From NCBI GenBank assembly GCA_044229975.1, contig JBGARZ010000005.1, forward strand, positions 416,001-480,000: DNA of 64,000 nt. Reading direction: 5' to 3'. Below the pieces are notes generated by a model. It did not search any database. It was not told where the DNA came from and saw nothing but the letters and a program-made list of their open reading frames with translations. Every line of letters starts with the position of its first letter. Position 1 is the stretch's first letter. Source of the DNA: Polyangiales bacterium. Lineage in GTDB: Bacteria > Myxococcota_A > Polyangia > Polyangiales > Ga0077539. Position numbers and translations under genes: made by a program. Shown in pieces: positions 1 to 9,044 of this stretch.

Positions 1-991
1 CGGTGGCGATGCGTTCGCCAACGTTCCTCCGAGCGACCCCTTCGCCGCCCATCGCGCCGCGCCCCCGGTCGCCCCGCGCATGGCCCCGCCCGACCCCTTC
101 GCGGCGATGAACAACCCCTTCGCGTCGCCCTCCGGCGCGCCGCTCCCGGGCATCGCCCCGCCGCCCATGGCGCGTCCCATGACGGTGGGTGCGGGCGGCA
201 ATGCCTATCCCCCCATCGCCAGCGCCGACCCGGTGCCCACGCTCTCCCGCGCGCGTCAGGCGACGGTGGGCCCCGGCGCGGTCGCGTGGCCGCCCAACCC
301 CGGGGCGCCCTCGTTTCACCAGCAGGCCGAACCGTACGACCCGATGACCGAGGTGCGGTCGTCGATGGGCGCCAACCGCCCGCGGCTCATGGTCACGCAG
401 CTCGACGGCGCCGAGCAGGGCGAGATGCCCCTCAACGAGGGAGACAACCTCATCGGCCGCGAGGTCGGCGGCATCTTCGCCGAGGACAACCTGCTCTCCA
501 GCCGCCACGCGACGCTCATCGTGAAGGGCGGCGCGGCGTGGGTGCGCGACGAGGGATCACGCAACGGCGTCTACATCCGCCTCGCCCCCAACCAGCGCGT
601 GGAGATGCAGGAGGGCGATCAGTTCTGCCTCGGGCGCATCATCCTGCGCTTCGACCACCGGGCCCCGCAGGGCCTGATGACCCCAGCCCCGCCCGACGCG
701 GTGGGCTTCCTCTCGCTGGTCGTCGGCCGCGACGTCGACAAGGGCCTCTTCCCCCTCGCCGTCCCCGCCACGGGCCTCACCCTCGGGCGCTCGCGCTCCG
801 ACGTGCGCTTCCCCAACGACGGGTGGATCTCCGGCCTCCACTGCCAGCTCATCGCCACGGGGCCGCAGGTGTTTCTGGTCGACCTCAAGAGCTCGAACGG
901 CACCTACGCCCGCATCCGCGGCACGCGCGCCCTCAACCACGGCGACGCCCTGCTCATGGGCCAGCGGATCTTCCACGTAAACCTCTCCTGA
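1..991 (+). CDS. Double-FHA-domain protein with Pro-rich N-terminal region (5' end probably outside the window)
   Basis: Frame is open from base 2 through the ORF at 80..991. Two FHA motif sets: IGRE...SSRHA...DEGSRNG and LGRS...ISGLHC...DLKSSNGT. Confidence 0.85.
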   Translation, partial: GGDAFANVPPSDPFAAHRAAPPVAPRMAPPDPFAAMNNPFASPSGAPLPGIAPPPMARPMTVGAGGNAYPPIASADPVPTLSRARQATVGPGAVAWPPNPGAPSFHQQAEPYDPMTEVRSSMGANRPRLMVTQLDGAEQGEMPLNEGDNLIGREVGGIFAEDNLLSSRHATLIVKGGAAWVRDEGSRNGVYIRLAPNQRVEMQEGDQFCLGRIILRFDHRAPQGLMTPAPPDAVGFLSLVVGRDVDKGLFPLAVPATGLTLGRSRSDVRFPNDGWISGLHCQLIATGPQVFLVDLKSSNGTYARIRGTRALNHGDALLMGQRIFHVNLS

Positions 992-1051
992 CCCGCCGAC
1001 TTCTCCCCTTCGCGCCTCGGCCCCGCGCTCTACACTCAGTCTCCCCCCGCC

Positions 1052-1864
1052 GTGTGGACCTCGCTCTGGTTCGAAGTGATCGGCTTCGTCGTCGCCGTCC
1101 TCCCGGTGGCGGTGCTGCTGCTCATCTTCCGCTACGCCGACCGCTGGCGCCCTGAACCCAAGCGCGAGGTCTTCCGCGCCGTGCTGCTCGGGGCCGCCGC
1201 GTGCGTGCCGGTGTTCTTCGCCGAGGTGGCCCTCAAGCGATCACTGGGTCCGTGGTCGCTCGCGGGCGCTCGCTTCGTCGACGCCTTCGGCGTGGCGGCG
1301 CTCCCCGAGGAGGGCGCCAAGCTGCTCGTGGTGCTCGCGGTGCCGTACCGCCGCCGCTACTTCGACGAGTTCACCGACGGCGTCCTCTACACGGGCGCGG
1401 CCTCCATGGGCTTCGGCCTCTTCGAGAACCTCCTCTTCGTCTCTGGCGCCTTCGCCAACGCCATCTGCGCCGTCCCCTGGATCTCCGGCCTCTGCGGCGC
1501 CGCCCCGGCTTCGCCCACCGACGCGCAGCACGTCATCCTCGGATTGGTACGGGCCCTTACCACCGTCCCCATGCACGCCATCGCCTCCGGGCTCATGGGC
1601 TACTTCATCGGCCGCTCGCGCTTCGTGCGCCGCCGCCGCGCGCCCCGCTGGTGGGCCGTCGGCCTCGCCGTCGCCGTGCTCGTCCACGGAACCTACGACT
1701 GGATGGTGTTTGCCCTCGGGCGCAGCCCGGCGATCTTCGCGCTGCTGCCGCTGATGCTGGCGCTCGCGGGCCTCAGCCTGCGCCGCGCCCTCCAGCACGC
1801 GCTCGCCCTCGACGAGGCGATGCTCGGCCCCGAGCGGCGCAACTCCCGCGGCTCGCTGATGTGA
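1052..1864 (+). CDS. prsW: PrsW-family intramembrane glutamic/metallo-protease
   Basis: Multiple TM helices. Motifs PEEGAK, FGLFEN, PMHA and VHGTYD match the PrsW EExxK / FxxxEN / H / HxxxD pattern. Confidence 0.85.
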   Translation: MWTSLWFEVIGFVVAVLPVAVLLLIFRYADRWRPEPKREVFRAVLLGAAACVPVFFAEVALKRSLGPWSLAGARFVDAFGVAALPEEGAKLLVVLAVPYRRRYFDEFTDGVLYTGAASMGFGLFENLLFVSGAFANAICAVPWISGLCGAAPASPTDAQHVILGLVRALTTVPMHAIASGLMGYFIGRSRFVRRRRAPRWWAVGLAVAVLVHGTYDWMVFALGRSPAIFALLPLMLALAGLSLRRALQHALALDEAMLGPERRNSRGSLM

Positions 1865-1868
1865 ACGC

Positions 1869-3752
1869 TCACCCTAGCGCGCGAATTACTTCGTTCGTCT
1901 CCCGTACCATCGCCTCGGCGTTGGTGTCCTCTCCGTAGCGCACCGCCGCATACGCGCGTATCGCCGACGCCACCCCGGCCCGCAGCTCCGGCGCCAGCAG
2001 GTCCGTCGCCGACACCCGCGCGGCGTACGCCTCCAGCGTCTCGTGGGGTGCCCGAACCATCCCCCGCTTCGACAGCGCCGCCGACAGCGCCGACCAGCAC
2101 GGCAGCGGCGCGTCGCCCAGCGCCTTCGTCACCACCTCGGCGGCCTCGGCGCGACCCCGCCAGGTGCGCCACCCGAGCCACCCGAGGAGCAGCACCAGCG
2201 CGACGCCCAGGAGCTGCTCGCTCGTCCGGTTGGCGAACCAGTCACGCACCCGCCCGGCCAGCACCATCGCGCCGTCGCCCAGCGCCGAGCCCCAGCGGCT
2301 CTCGTGCGCGAGGTTCTGCGGCAGCTCGCTGGTGGGGGTCGCGTCGAGGGTGACCCAGCCGTGCGCGGGGTCCCACGCCTCGACCCAGGCGTGGGCGTTC
2401 TTCTCGCGCACCACGAAGTAGTCGCCGAAGGGGTTGCGCTCCGCCACGCGGTAGCCGCCGATGACCCGCGTGGGGACGCCGGCCGCGCGACCGAGCAGCG
2501 CCAGCGCCGACGCGAAGTACTCGCAGTGCCCCTGCCGGTGCGTGTCGAGGAAGTCGATGACCGGGTCGCGACGGGCGGTGCGCTGAAACTGGAGGGCGTA
2601 CTGGTACCGCGTGCGCAGCACCTCGGCGATGTGCTCGACCCGCTCGAAAGGCGTCGTGCCTCCCACGCCGTACTGCTCGGCGATCTGCGTCAGTCGGGCG
2701 CGCTGGCTCTCTGGTATCGCGAGGTCCGACGCCGTCGGCGGCCCCGGCGTGAAGGGTCCGTTGCCGCCGCGACGAAACCAGACGCGCACCGCCGGGTCGC
2801 CCGGGATGGCCCGCACCACCCCGAAGGAGTCGACGCGCACGGTTCCCTCCTCGGTGGTCAGCGCCGAGGCGCCCAGCGGAAGCATCACCCAGCCGCGCAC
2901 ACCCCCGAGACGCTCGACCATCACGGCGTCGGGCTGCCGCAGCGGACCTCTGCCCACCCGCACGATGGTGTGCGCCGGGCCGTGGCTGTTCTGCCAGCGG
3001 TTGTGGGCGCGGTCGTAGCGGTCGTACGCGGTCCCACGAACACGGTCGATGCCCCGCCCGTGCACCCGAAGCACGATCTCGTCGGACTGCATGAGCGACG
3101 TGAGAGCCCCGAGCGCCATGGAGTCGCCGACGCCGCTCACGGCCGAGTCCTCGTACGACTGGAGCACCTTCACCATGATGAGCGTGTGCACCCGCGGCAG
3201 GGCCCAACCCATCGCGAGGGTGAACACCCCCACACTCGCCGCGAGGCCCGCGCCCAGGCCCAGCGTGCGACGGGAGAGCGTTCGGAGCGGCGGCCGGCCG
3301 GGGTCTCCGCCGCGCATCCCGAAGAGGCCCGCGACGAGGGTGAGGGCCGCGACGGGGAGGTAGAGCCCGCGGCTTCGCACCTGACCCGCGAGGAGGAGGA
3401 TCGCGATGATGAGCGCGAAGCCCGCGCGGGCGCCGCCCTCGGGGCGCACGAAGGTGGAGCGCACGAGGGAGGCGACGGAGAGCGCCGAGGCGATGATGCA
3501 GAACGGACCGACGAGGGTGGGTGCCTGCGGCGACGAGGGGACGAGCAGCAGCCCGAGGGCGCCGCCGAGCACGGCGGCGATGACGAAGGTGAGCCGCTGG
3601 ACGTTGTTGCCGACGCGAAACATCGGCCCGAGTCCGAGCCCGAGCGCGACCGCGACGAGGAGGCTGGCGCCGTGCAGGAGCTGTCGCGTGGCGAGCACCA
3701 CCGCCACGGTGGCGAGGGCGGGCGCGAGGCCGTGGGCGACGCGGTGGTTCAC
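1869..3752 (-). CDS. Transglutaminase-like membrane protein (TgpA/DUF3488-type)
   Basis: N-terminal TM segments; catalytic triad motifs GHCEYFA, AHAWVE and LDATP; C-terminal TM plus DUF4129-like tail. Confidence 0.85.
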   Translation of the reverse strand: MNHRVAHGLAPALATVAVVLATRQLLHGASLLVAVALGLGLGPMFRVGNNVQRLTFVIAAVLGGALGLLLVPSSPQAPTLVGPFCIIASALSVASLVRSTFVRPEGGARAGFALIIAILLLAGQVRSRGLYLPVAALTLVAGLFGMRGGDPGRPPLRTLSRRTLGLGAGLAASVGVFTLAMGWALPRVHTLIMVKVLQSYEDSAVSGVGDSMALGALTSLMQSDEIVLRVHGRGIDRVRGTAYDRYDRAHNRWQNSHGPAHTIVRVGRGPLRQPDAVMVERLGGVRGWVMLPLGASALTTEEGTVRVDSFGVVRAIPGDPAVRVWFRRGGNGPFTPGPPTASDLAIPESQRARLTQIAEQYGVGGTTPFERVEHIAEVLRTRYQYALQFQRTARRDPVIDFLDTHRQGHCEYFASALALLGRAAGVPTRVIGGYRVAERNPFGDYFVVREKNAHAWVEAWDPAHGWVTLDATPTSELPQNLAHESRWGSALGDGAMVLAGRVRDWFANRTSEQLLGVALVLLLGWLGWRTWRGRAEAAEVVTKALGDAPLPCWSALSAALSKRGMVRAPHETLEAYAARVSATDLLAPELRAGVASAIRAYAAVRYGEDTNAEAMVRETNEVIRALG

Positions 3753-5071
3753 GCGTGCACCGGCTCGCCGCGGAGGATGGCGTCGTGGGCGAAGCGGGCG
3801 ACGTCGTCGCTGCTGGCGGGTGCGGGGTGGCGGGCGTCGTAGACGGCGAGCGTGCGGTGGCCGATGCCGAGGGCGCGGAGCCGGTCGCCGATGGCGCGGT
3901 GCGAGGCGGAGGGAGAGACCGTGAGGATGAGCGCGGCGGAGAGGCGACCCGCGTGGGGGCCGAGCGCGGCGAGGACGGCGTCGGGGTCGATGGCGTCGCC
4001 AGGCTCGACGCAGGCGAGGACGTCCAGGGTGGGGCCGAGGAGGTCGGCGCCGAGGCCGCCGTGGGCGTTGAGCTCGTGGAGGCGGCCGCCCACGATGACG
4101 AGGTCGACGAGGGTGTCGTCGCGACCGAGGGCGGAGGCGAGGCCCGCGGCGAGGGAGACGAGCGCGTCGAGGACGGCGGGGTGTCGCGCCCCGGAGGTGT
4201 CGGGGTCGACGACGATGGCGACGCGGCGGAAGTACTCCTGCTGGTATTCGCGGACGACGGGGAAGCCCACGCGGGCCCAGCTCCGGGCGTGGAGGTCGCG
4301 GATGGGGTCGCCGGGGCGGTACGGGCGAATGCCGCGCAGGTCGAAGGACTCCCCCGTGCTGGTCACCCGCGGAACCCCACCGGGTTGATGACGCGCGAGG
4401 GTGGGCGTCTTGATGCTGGCGACGCGGGCGACGGGAGGGACGACGACGAAGCGGCAGCCGGTGCTGTACACGGGCGGCCCCTGGCAGAGGCCGAAGGGGA
4501 CGAGGGCGCTGGAGCGGAACGTATCGAGGTGGTGCTCGCCGCGGGCGCGGAAGCGGGCGTGGCAGGTGACGGTCTCGGTGGCGCCAGGGGCGAGGCGGGC
4601 GATGGAGGCGAGGCCGCGGGTCCAGGTGCCGTCCCAGGGGAGGAAGGGGCCGTCGACGTGGAGGGCGGTGACGACGGTGGTTCCGGTGTTGTGGAGGGTG
4701 ACGGCGAAGGCGACCTCCTCGCCGACGGCGACGCGGGGCGGGGCGACCACCCGGAGCTGGAGTCCGTCGACGCGAAAGAAGAGGCTGGTGAGGAGCGAAA
4801 ACCCGACGGTTCCGGTGAGGGCGGCCCAGAGGAGGTGGGCGTCGTTGCTGTCGACCTCCAGGCTGAGGACGGTGGCGACGAAGGCGAGCACGGCGGCGAG
4901 CTGCCCCTCGCGGGTGAAGCGCTCGTAGAGGCGAAAGATCGGTTGGAAGGCGCGGCCGGCGCGGCTGCGTCGCCAGCGCTCGCGGTCGGCGGCGCTCGAC
5001 GGGATGAGCACGTGGTTGAGCCGCGCGAAGTCGAGGTCGGCGACGGCTTCGAGTGACACCCGCCTCCTCAC
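3749..5071 (-). CDS. DUF58 domain protein
   Basis: Motif LRGIRPYRPGDPIRDLHARSWAR...VVREY; sits between MoxR and the transglutaminase with 4-bp overlaps. Confidence 0.85.
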   Translation of the reverse strand: MRRRVSLEAVADLDFARLNHVLIPSSAADRERWRRSRAGRAFQPIFRLYERFTREGQLAAVLAFVATVLSLEVDSNDAHLLWAALTGTVGFSLLTSLFFRVDGLQLRVVAPPRVAVGEEVAFAVTLHNTGTTVVTALHVDGPFLPWDGTWTRGLASIARLAPGATETVTCHARFRARGEHHLDTFRSSALVPFGLCQGPPVYSTGCRFVVVPPVARVASIKTPTLARHQPGGVPRVTSTGESFDLRGIRPYRPGDPIRDLHARSWARVGFPVVREYQQEYFRRVAIVVDPDTSGARHPAVLDALVSLAAGLASALGRDDTLVDLVIVGGRLHELNAHGGLGADLLGPTLDVLACVEPGDAIDPDAVLAALGPHAGRLSAALILTVSPSASHRAIGDRLRALGIGHRTLAVYDARHPAPASSDDVARFAHDAILRGEPVHA

Positions 5072-6021
5072 ACAGGAACCTCCACCTGCTTCATGATGGC
5101 GGCGATGAGGCGTTCGGGGGAGGTTCCGCCGTAGCGCGACTGTGGGGTGAGCATCACGCGGTGGGCGAGCACCGGGGCGGCGAGGGCCTGCACGTCGTCG
5201 GGCGTGACGTGGTCGCGGCCCGAGAGGAGCGCGCGCGCCTGGCAGGCGCGGAAGTAGGAGAGAGCGCCGCGCGGCGAAGCGCCGAGGGCGAGGTCGGCGT
5301 GGTCGCGGGTGGCAGTGACCACGCGCAGGAGGTAGCGGGCGACGGGCTCGCGGACGAGCACCTCACGGACGGCGCCCTGGAGGGCCGAGAGGGTGGCTCC
5401 ATCCGCAACGGGCTGGAGGTCATCGAGGGGGTCGCGGCGCTGCCGGGCGTAGAGCAAGGCGAGCTCGTGGTCGGCGGAGGGGTAGCCGACGGAGAGGCGC
5501 AGCATGAAGCGATCGAGCTGGGCGTCGGGCAGGGGAAAGGTGCCCTGTGACTCGATGGGGTTCTGCGTGGCGAGCACGAAGAAGGGCTGCGGGAGCGCGT
5601 GGGTGGTGCCGTCGATGGTGGCGCTGCCCTCGTTCATGGCTTCGAGGAGGGCGCTCTGGGTGCGGGGCGAGGCGCGGTTGATCTCGTCCGCGAGGAGAAC
5701 GTTGGTGAAGACGGGGCCGCGGTGGAAGCGGAAGGTTCCGTCGCGGGGGTCGAGCACCTGGGCGCCGAGGATGTCGCTCGGGAGGAGGTCGGGCGTGAAC
5801 TGCACCCGGGTGCAGGTGACGTTGAAGCAGCGGGCGAGGGCGCGCGCGAGGGTGGTCTTGCCGACGCCGGGGACGTCCTCGATGAGCACATGGCCACCAG
5901 AGAGGACACCGACGAGCAGCAGCTCGATGGCCTCGGGGCGGCCCGAGAGCACGGAGGCGAGGCGCTCACGGATGACGGCGACGGTCGCGCGGAGGGCCGG
6001 GAGTTCGGGGGAAGCGCTCAT
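5068..6021 (-). CDS. moxR: MoxR-family AAA+ ATPase (MRP subfamily)
   Basis: HVLIEDVPGVGKT, RVQFTPDLLPSD, LADEINRASPRTQSALLEAM, ATQNPIE and LDRF. Start placed at ATG 6021 inside the longer ORF. Confidence 0.93.
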   Translation of the reverse strand: MSASPELPALRATVAVIRERLASVLSGRPEAIELLLVGVLSGGHVLIEDVPGVGKTTLARALARCFNVTCTRVQFTPDLLPSDILGAQVLDPRDGTFRFHRGPVFTNVLLADEINRASPRTQSALLEAMNEGSATIDGTTHALPQPFFVLATQNPIESQGTFPLPDAQLDRFMLRLSVGYPSADHELALLYARQRRDPLDDLQPVADGATLSALQGAVREVLVREPVARYLLRVVTATRDHADLALGASPRGALSYFRACQARALLSGRDHVTPDDVQALAAPVLAHRVMLTPQSRYGGTSPERLIAAIMKQVEVPV

Positions 6022-6096
6022 GAAGGAGGGCCGGAGGGTAACATCGGGCGCCGCGGGGTGAACGACGGAGAGGGTGGTGGGTATTTCCGAAGAGGC

Positions 6097-6138
6097 GGGG
6101 ACGGTTTCAGCTTTTCGTGAAAAGCTGAAACCGTCCCC
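6097..6138. repeat. Perfect 20-bp inverted repeat with 2-nt loop (REP-like or operator) directly before the nadE ATG
   Basis: ggggacggtttcagcttttc-gt-gaaaagctgaaaccgtcccc; the arms are exact reverse complements. Confidence 0.9.
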
Positions 6139-7719
6139 ATGCACCTCGCCCTCGCCCAGTTGAACCCGCGCGTCGGCGACCTCTCCCGCAACGCCGACCT
6201 CGTCGTCGAGGCCCTGCGCGCCGCCCACGCCCAGGGCGCCGACGTCGCGCTCACCCCCGAGCTCGTGCTCACCGGCGCTCCCCCGCGCGACCTGCTCTGC
6301 GACCCCCGCTTCGTCGACGACACCCTCGCGGCACTTGGTACGGTCGCCCAACGATCGCCCCCCGCGCTCACCGCCTACGTCGGCGCCATCGCCCGCGCCC
6401 CCTCCCCGACGCCGGGGCATCCCGGGCTCTACAACGTGCTCGCCGTCCTCCATGGCGGGCGCGTCGTCGACGTCGTCCGCAAGCGCCTGCTCCCCGCCTA
6501 CGACGTCTTCCATGAGCCACGGTGGTTCGTCCCCGGCACCTCTCCCGCCACCGTGCGCGACGGTCTCGGCCCGCTCATCTGCGAAGACCTCTGGGACGAC
6601 GGCTACCCCATCCACCCCGGCGCCGAGCTCGTCGCCGCCGGTGCGCGAGTGCTCGCCTGCGGGGCCGCCTCTCCCTTTCGTTGGGATGCGTACCAACGGC
6701 GCGTCGCCCACGCCGCGCGGCAGAGCGTCGCGGTGGCCTACGCCAACCTCGTCGGCGGACAGGACGAGCTCATCTTCGACGGCGGCAGCTTCGTCACCGA
6801 CGCCACCGGGCACGTGGTGCACCGGCTCCCCTTCTTCGAGGAGGCCGTCGAGACCTTCGACCTCGGCGACGCCACCCACGACGCGCCCGCGCTCCCCTCG
6901 CGCGAGGCCCTCGGCTTCGACGCGCTCGTCCTCGGCCTGCGCGACTTCGCCCGCAAGAACGGCGTTCGCCGCGTGGTGCTCGGCCTGTCGGGCGGCATCG
7001 ACTCGGCGCTCGTGGCCTGCATCGCGAAGGAGGCGCTCGGCGGCGACCGCGTTCTCTGCGTGGCGATGCCCACGCGGTACAACGACCCGCGCTCGACGAC
7101 CTGTGCTCAGGAGCTGGGCGCGGCGCTCGGGGTGCGAGTGGAGGTGTTTCCCGTCGAGGCGATGACCGAAGCGATGTCGGGCGCGCTGGGCGGGTGGCTC
7201 GACGGACTCGGCCCGGCGCGGCCGGGCGACACCACGCACGAAAACCTTCAGGCGCGGGTGCGAGCGCAGGTGTTGCTCGCGGCGATCAACCGCACGGGGG
7301 GGATGCTGCTCAACACCAGCAACAAGACGGAGCTGTCACTCGGCTACGGAACGCTCCACGGCGACCTCGCGGGCACGCTCTCGGTCATCGGCGACCTGAC
7401 CAAGCCCGAGGTGTACGCGCTGGCCCGCTGGTACGACGCGGGCCGCGGGGTGATCCCGGCGTTTGTGATGGAGCGAGCGCCGAGCGCGGAGCTGCGCGAC
7501 GGGCAGGTGGACCCCTTCGACTACCCGGTGGTGGCGCCGCGAGTGGAGTCGCTGGTGAAGGGGATTCCGTTGGAGGGGTGGGATGAGGCCGATCGTACGG
7601 TCACCGAACGATCGGTGCGAACGGCCGAGAGCAAGCGATGGCAGGGGGGCGTGGTGCTGAAGGTCAGCGACCGGGCCTTCGGGTCGGGGCGGATGATGCC
7701 GGTGACCCGAAGTCGGTAG
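6139..7719 (+). CDS. nadE: Glutamine-dependent NAD+ synthetase
   Basis: Nitrilase-fold N-terminus (PEL, KRLLP, ICEDLW) plus synthetase domain (LGLSGGIDS, ENLQARVR, NKTE, PSAEL). Confidence 0.93.
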   Translation: MHLALAQLNPRVGDLSRNADLVVEALRAAHAQGADVALTPELVLTGAPPRDLLCDPRFVDDTLAALGTVAQRSPPALTAYVGAIARAPSPTPGHPGLYNVLAVLHGGRVVDVVRKRLLPAYDVFHEPRWFVPGTSPATVRDGLGPLICEDLWDDGYPIHPGAELVAAGARVLACGAASPFRWDAYQRRVAHAARQSVAVAYANLVGGQDELIFDGGSFVTDATGHVVHRLPFFEEAVETFDLGDATHDAPALPSREALGFDALVLGLRDFARKNGVRRVVLGLSGGIDSALVACIAKEALGGDRVLCVAMPTRYNDPRSTTCAQELGAALGVRVEVFPVEAMTEAMSGALGGWLDGLGPARPGDTTHENLQARVRAQVLLAAINRTGGMLLNTSNKTELSLGYGTLHGDLAGTLSVIGDLTKPEVYALARWYDAGRGVIPAFVMERAPSAELRDGQVDPFDYPVVAPRVESLVKGIPLEGWDEADRTVTERSVRTAESKRWQGGVVLKVSDRAFGSGRMMPVTRSR

Positions 7720-7723
7720 TGGA

Positions 7724-8554
7724 TCAGGTGGTCGGGGCGACGGGCGCCGGGGGCGTCGGCGTCTTCGAGCGAGCCGCGGGTTGCGCGGCGAACTCGGCGA
7801 CCATCTCGTGGAAGGGGCCGAGCAGCCATTCGGCGAGGGGCTCGCTGTCGCGGATGTCGGGGTCGGCGCTGCCAGCGACCTTCATGACGTAGTCGCGCAG
7901 GGCGTCCTTGGCGGCGACGAACTGCGGGAGCATGACGGCCGCCGCGACCGAGGGCGACTGCGCCGTCGTGAAGGCGAAGGCGTGACCGAAGGCGGCATGC
8001 GTGGCGGTGAGCCGGGCGAGCAGGCGTTCGCCACCGAGCGCAGTGACGAGCGCGACGCTCTCTGGCGCGGCGAGGATGTCCATGCGCGTTTGCATGGAGG
8101 TCCACTGTCGGCGCGGGCGGTGGGAGATGAAGCGCAGTCCCTCGGGAGGCGGAAACAGCCGCCCGAAGAGCCTTTGGGCTTCCGCGGGGGTGGGGCTCAC
8201 GCCGTCGTCGTCGCGCAATGACCAGCCGCCGAGCCAGCCGTTGAGCGCCTGCCACGCGTTGTCGGAGGCGCGGTTGGCCGTCGCCTGCGCGTCGGTGTCG
8301 GGCAGATCGCTGTCCGCATCGTGGCGCTTCGCGGTGGCTTCGCGCAGAGCAGTGAGCGTCGTGGAGAAGCGCGCGTGGGAGGCGCTGACCGTCGCGGGGA
8401 CGGCGACGTCGACCGGGCAGCCGACCGGCGCGGCGGAGGCGCCCGGGAGCACCGCCGTGAAGCGGGCGTCGAGCTGCGCGCCCAGCGCGAGGACGTCGGC
8501 GGCCAACATGCGAGCGGGGAGCTGAACGAGGAGAGACGCGAAATGGATGTTCAT
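7724..8554 (-). CDS. Hypothetical all-alpha protein with Pro-rich tail
   Basis: Protein-like ORF with SD-like aggaagg upstream of ATG 8554; no recognisable catalytic motif. Confidence 0.7.
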   Translation of the reverse strand: MNIHFASLLVQLPARMLAADVLALGAQLDARFTAVLPGASAAPVGCPVDVAVPATVSASHARFSTTLTALREATAKRHDADSDLPDTDAQATANRASDNAWQALNGWLGGWSLRDDDGVSPTPAEAQRLFGRLFPPPEGLRFISHRPRRQWTSMQTRMDILAAPESVALVTALGGERLLARLTATHAAFGHAFAFTTAQSPSVAAAVMLPQFVAAKDALRDYVMKVAGSADPDIRDSEPLAEWLLGPFHEMVAEFAAQPAARSKTPTPPAPVAPTT

Positions 8555-8693
8555 GGAGATGCCTTCCTGAGCAGCACCAACCATTGGTTTGCTCGGGAGG
8601 CTCATCGGGAGGCCGCGGAGGGAGGTTGCGGAGAAAGTGGAGAGGCCGACGTTTTTCGCAAACGGGTCTGCGAGCAGGTGATTGGCCGTCGTC

Positions 8694-8856
8694 GACGCTC
8701 GTGGACCTGGTTGCAGGTGGGTTCGAGAGGATCGGCGACGCTCGCGGACCTGGTTGCAGGTGGGTTCGAGAGGATCGGCGACGCTCGCGGACCTGGTTGC
8801 AGGTGGGTTCGAGAGGATCGGCGACGCTCGGGAAGCTGGCTGCAGGTTGTTTCCGA
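8694..8856. repeat. 43-bp tandem repeat: 3 near-identical units plus 1 degenerate partial unit
   Basis: Unit gacgctcgcggacctggttgcaggtgggttcgagaggatcggc starts at 8694 (1 mismatch), 8737 and 8780; a degenerate copy starts at 8823. No spacers. Confidence 0.95.
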
Positions 8857-9044
8857 AGCGTCGACACGGCTTTGCCTACCAAGTCGACGTTCCGATCATT
8901 CGGGGGTGGCGCGGACCGCGGAGTGTGCCGACGCGGGGTCGGCACCGGCGCCTGTCGGAGCGCATGGGTCGGTACGTGACTGCGGTCCGTCGTGCGGCGT
9001 ACCGTCGCCTTGATCAGGCGGTTGCTGGCGGCGGGGAGACGAAC

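Noticed and set aside
1869..6021. MoxR-DUF58-transglutaminase as a novel system
   Set aside because: This is a well-known, widespread conserved triad.
8694..8856. 43-bp repeats as a CRISPR array
   Set aside because: The units abut with no unique spacers, and no cas genes are present.
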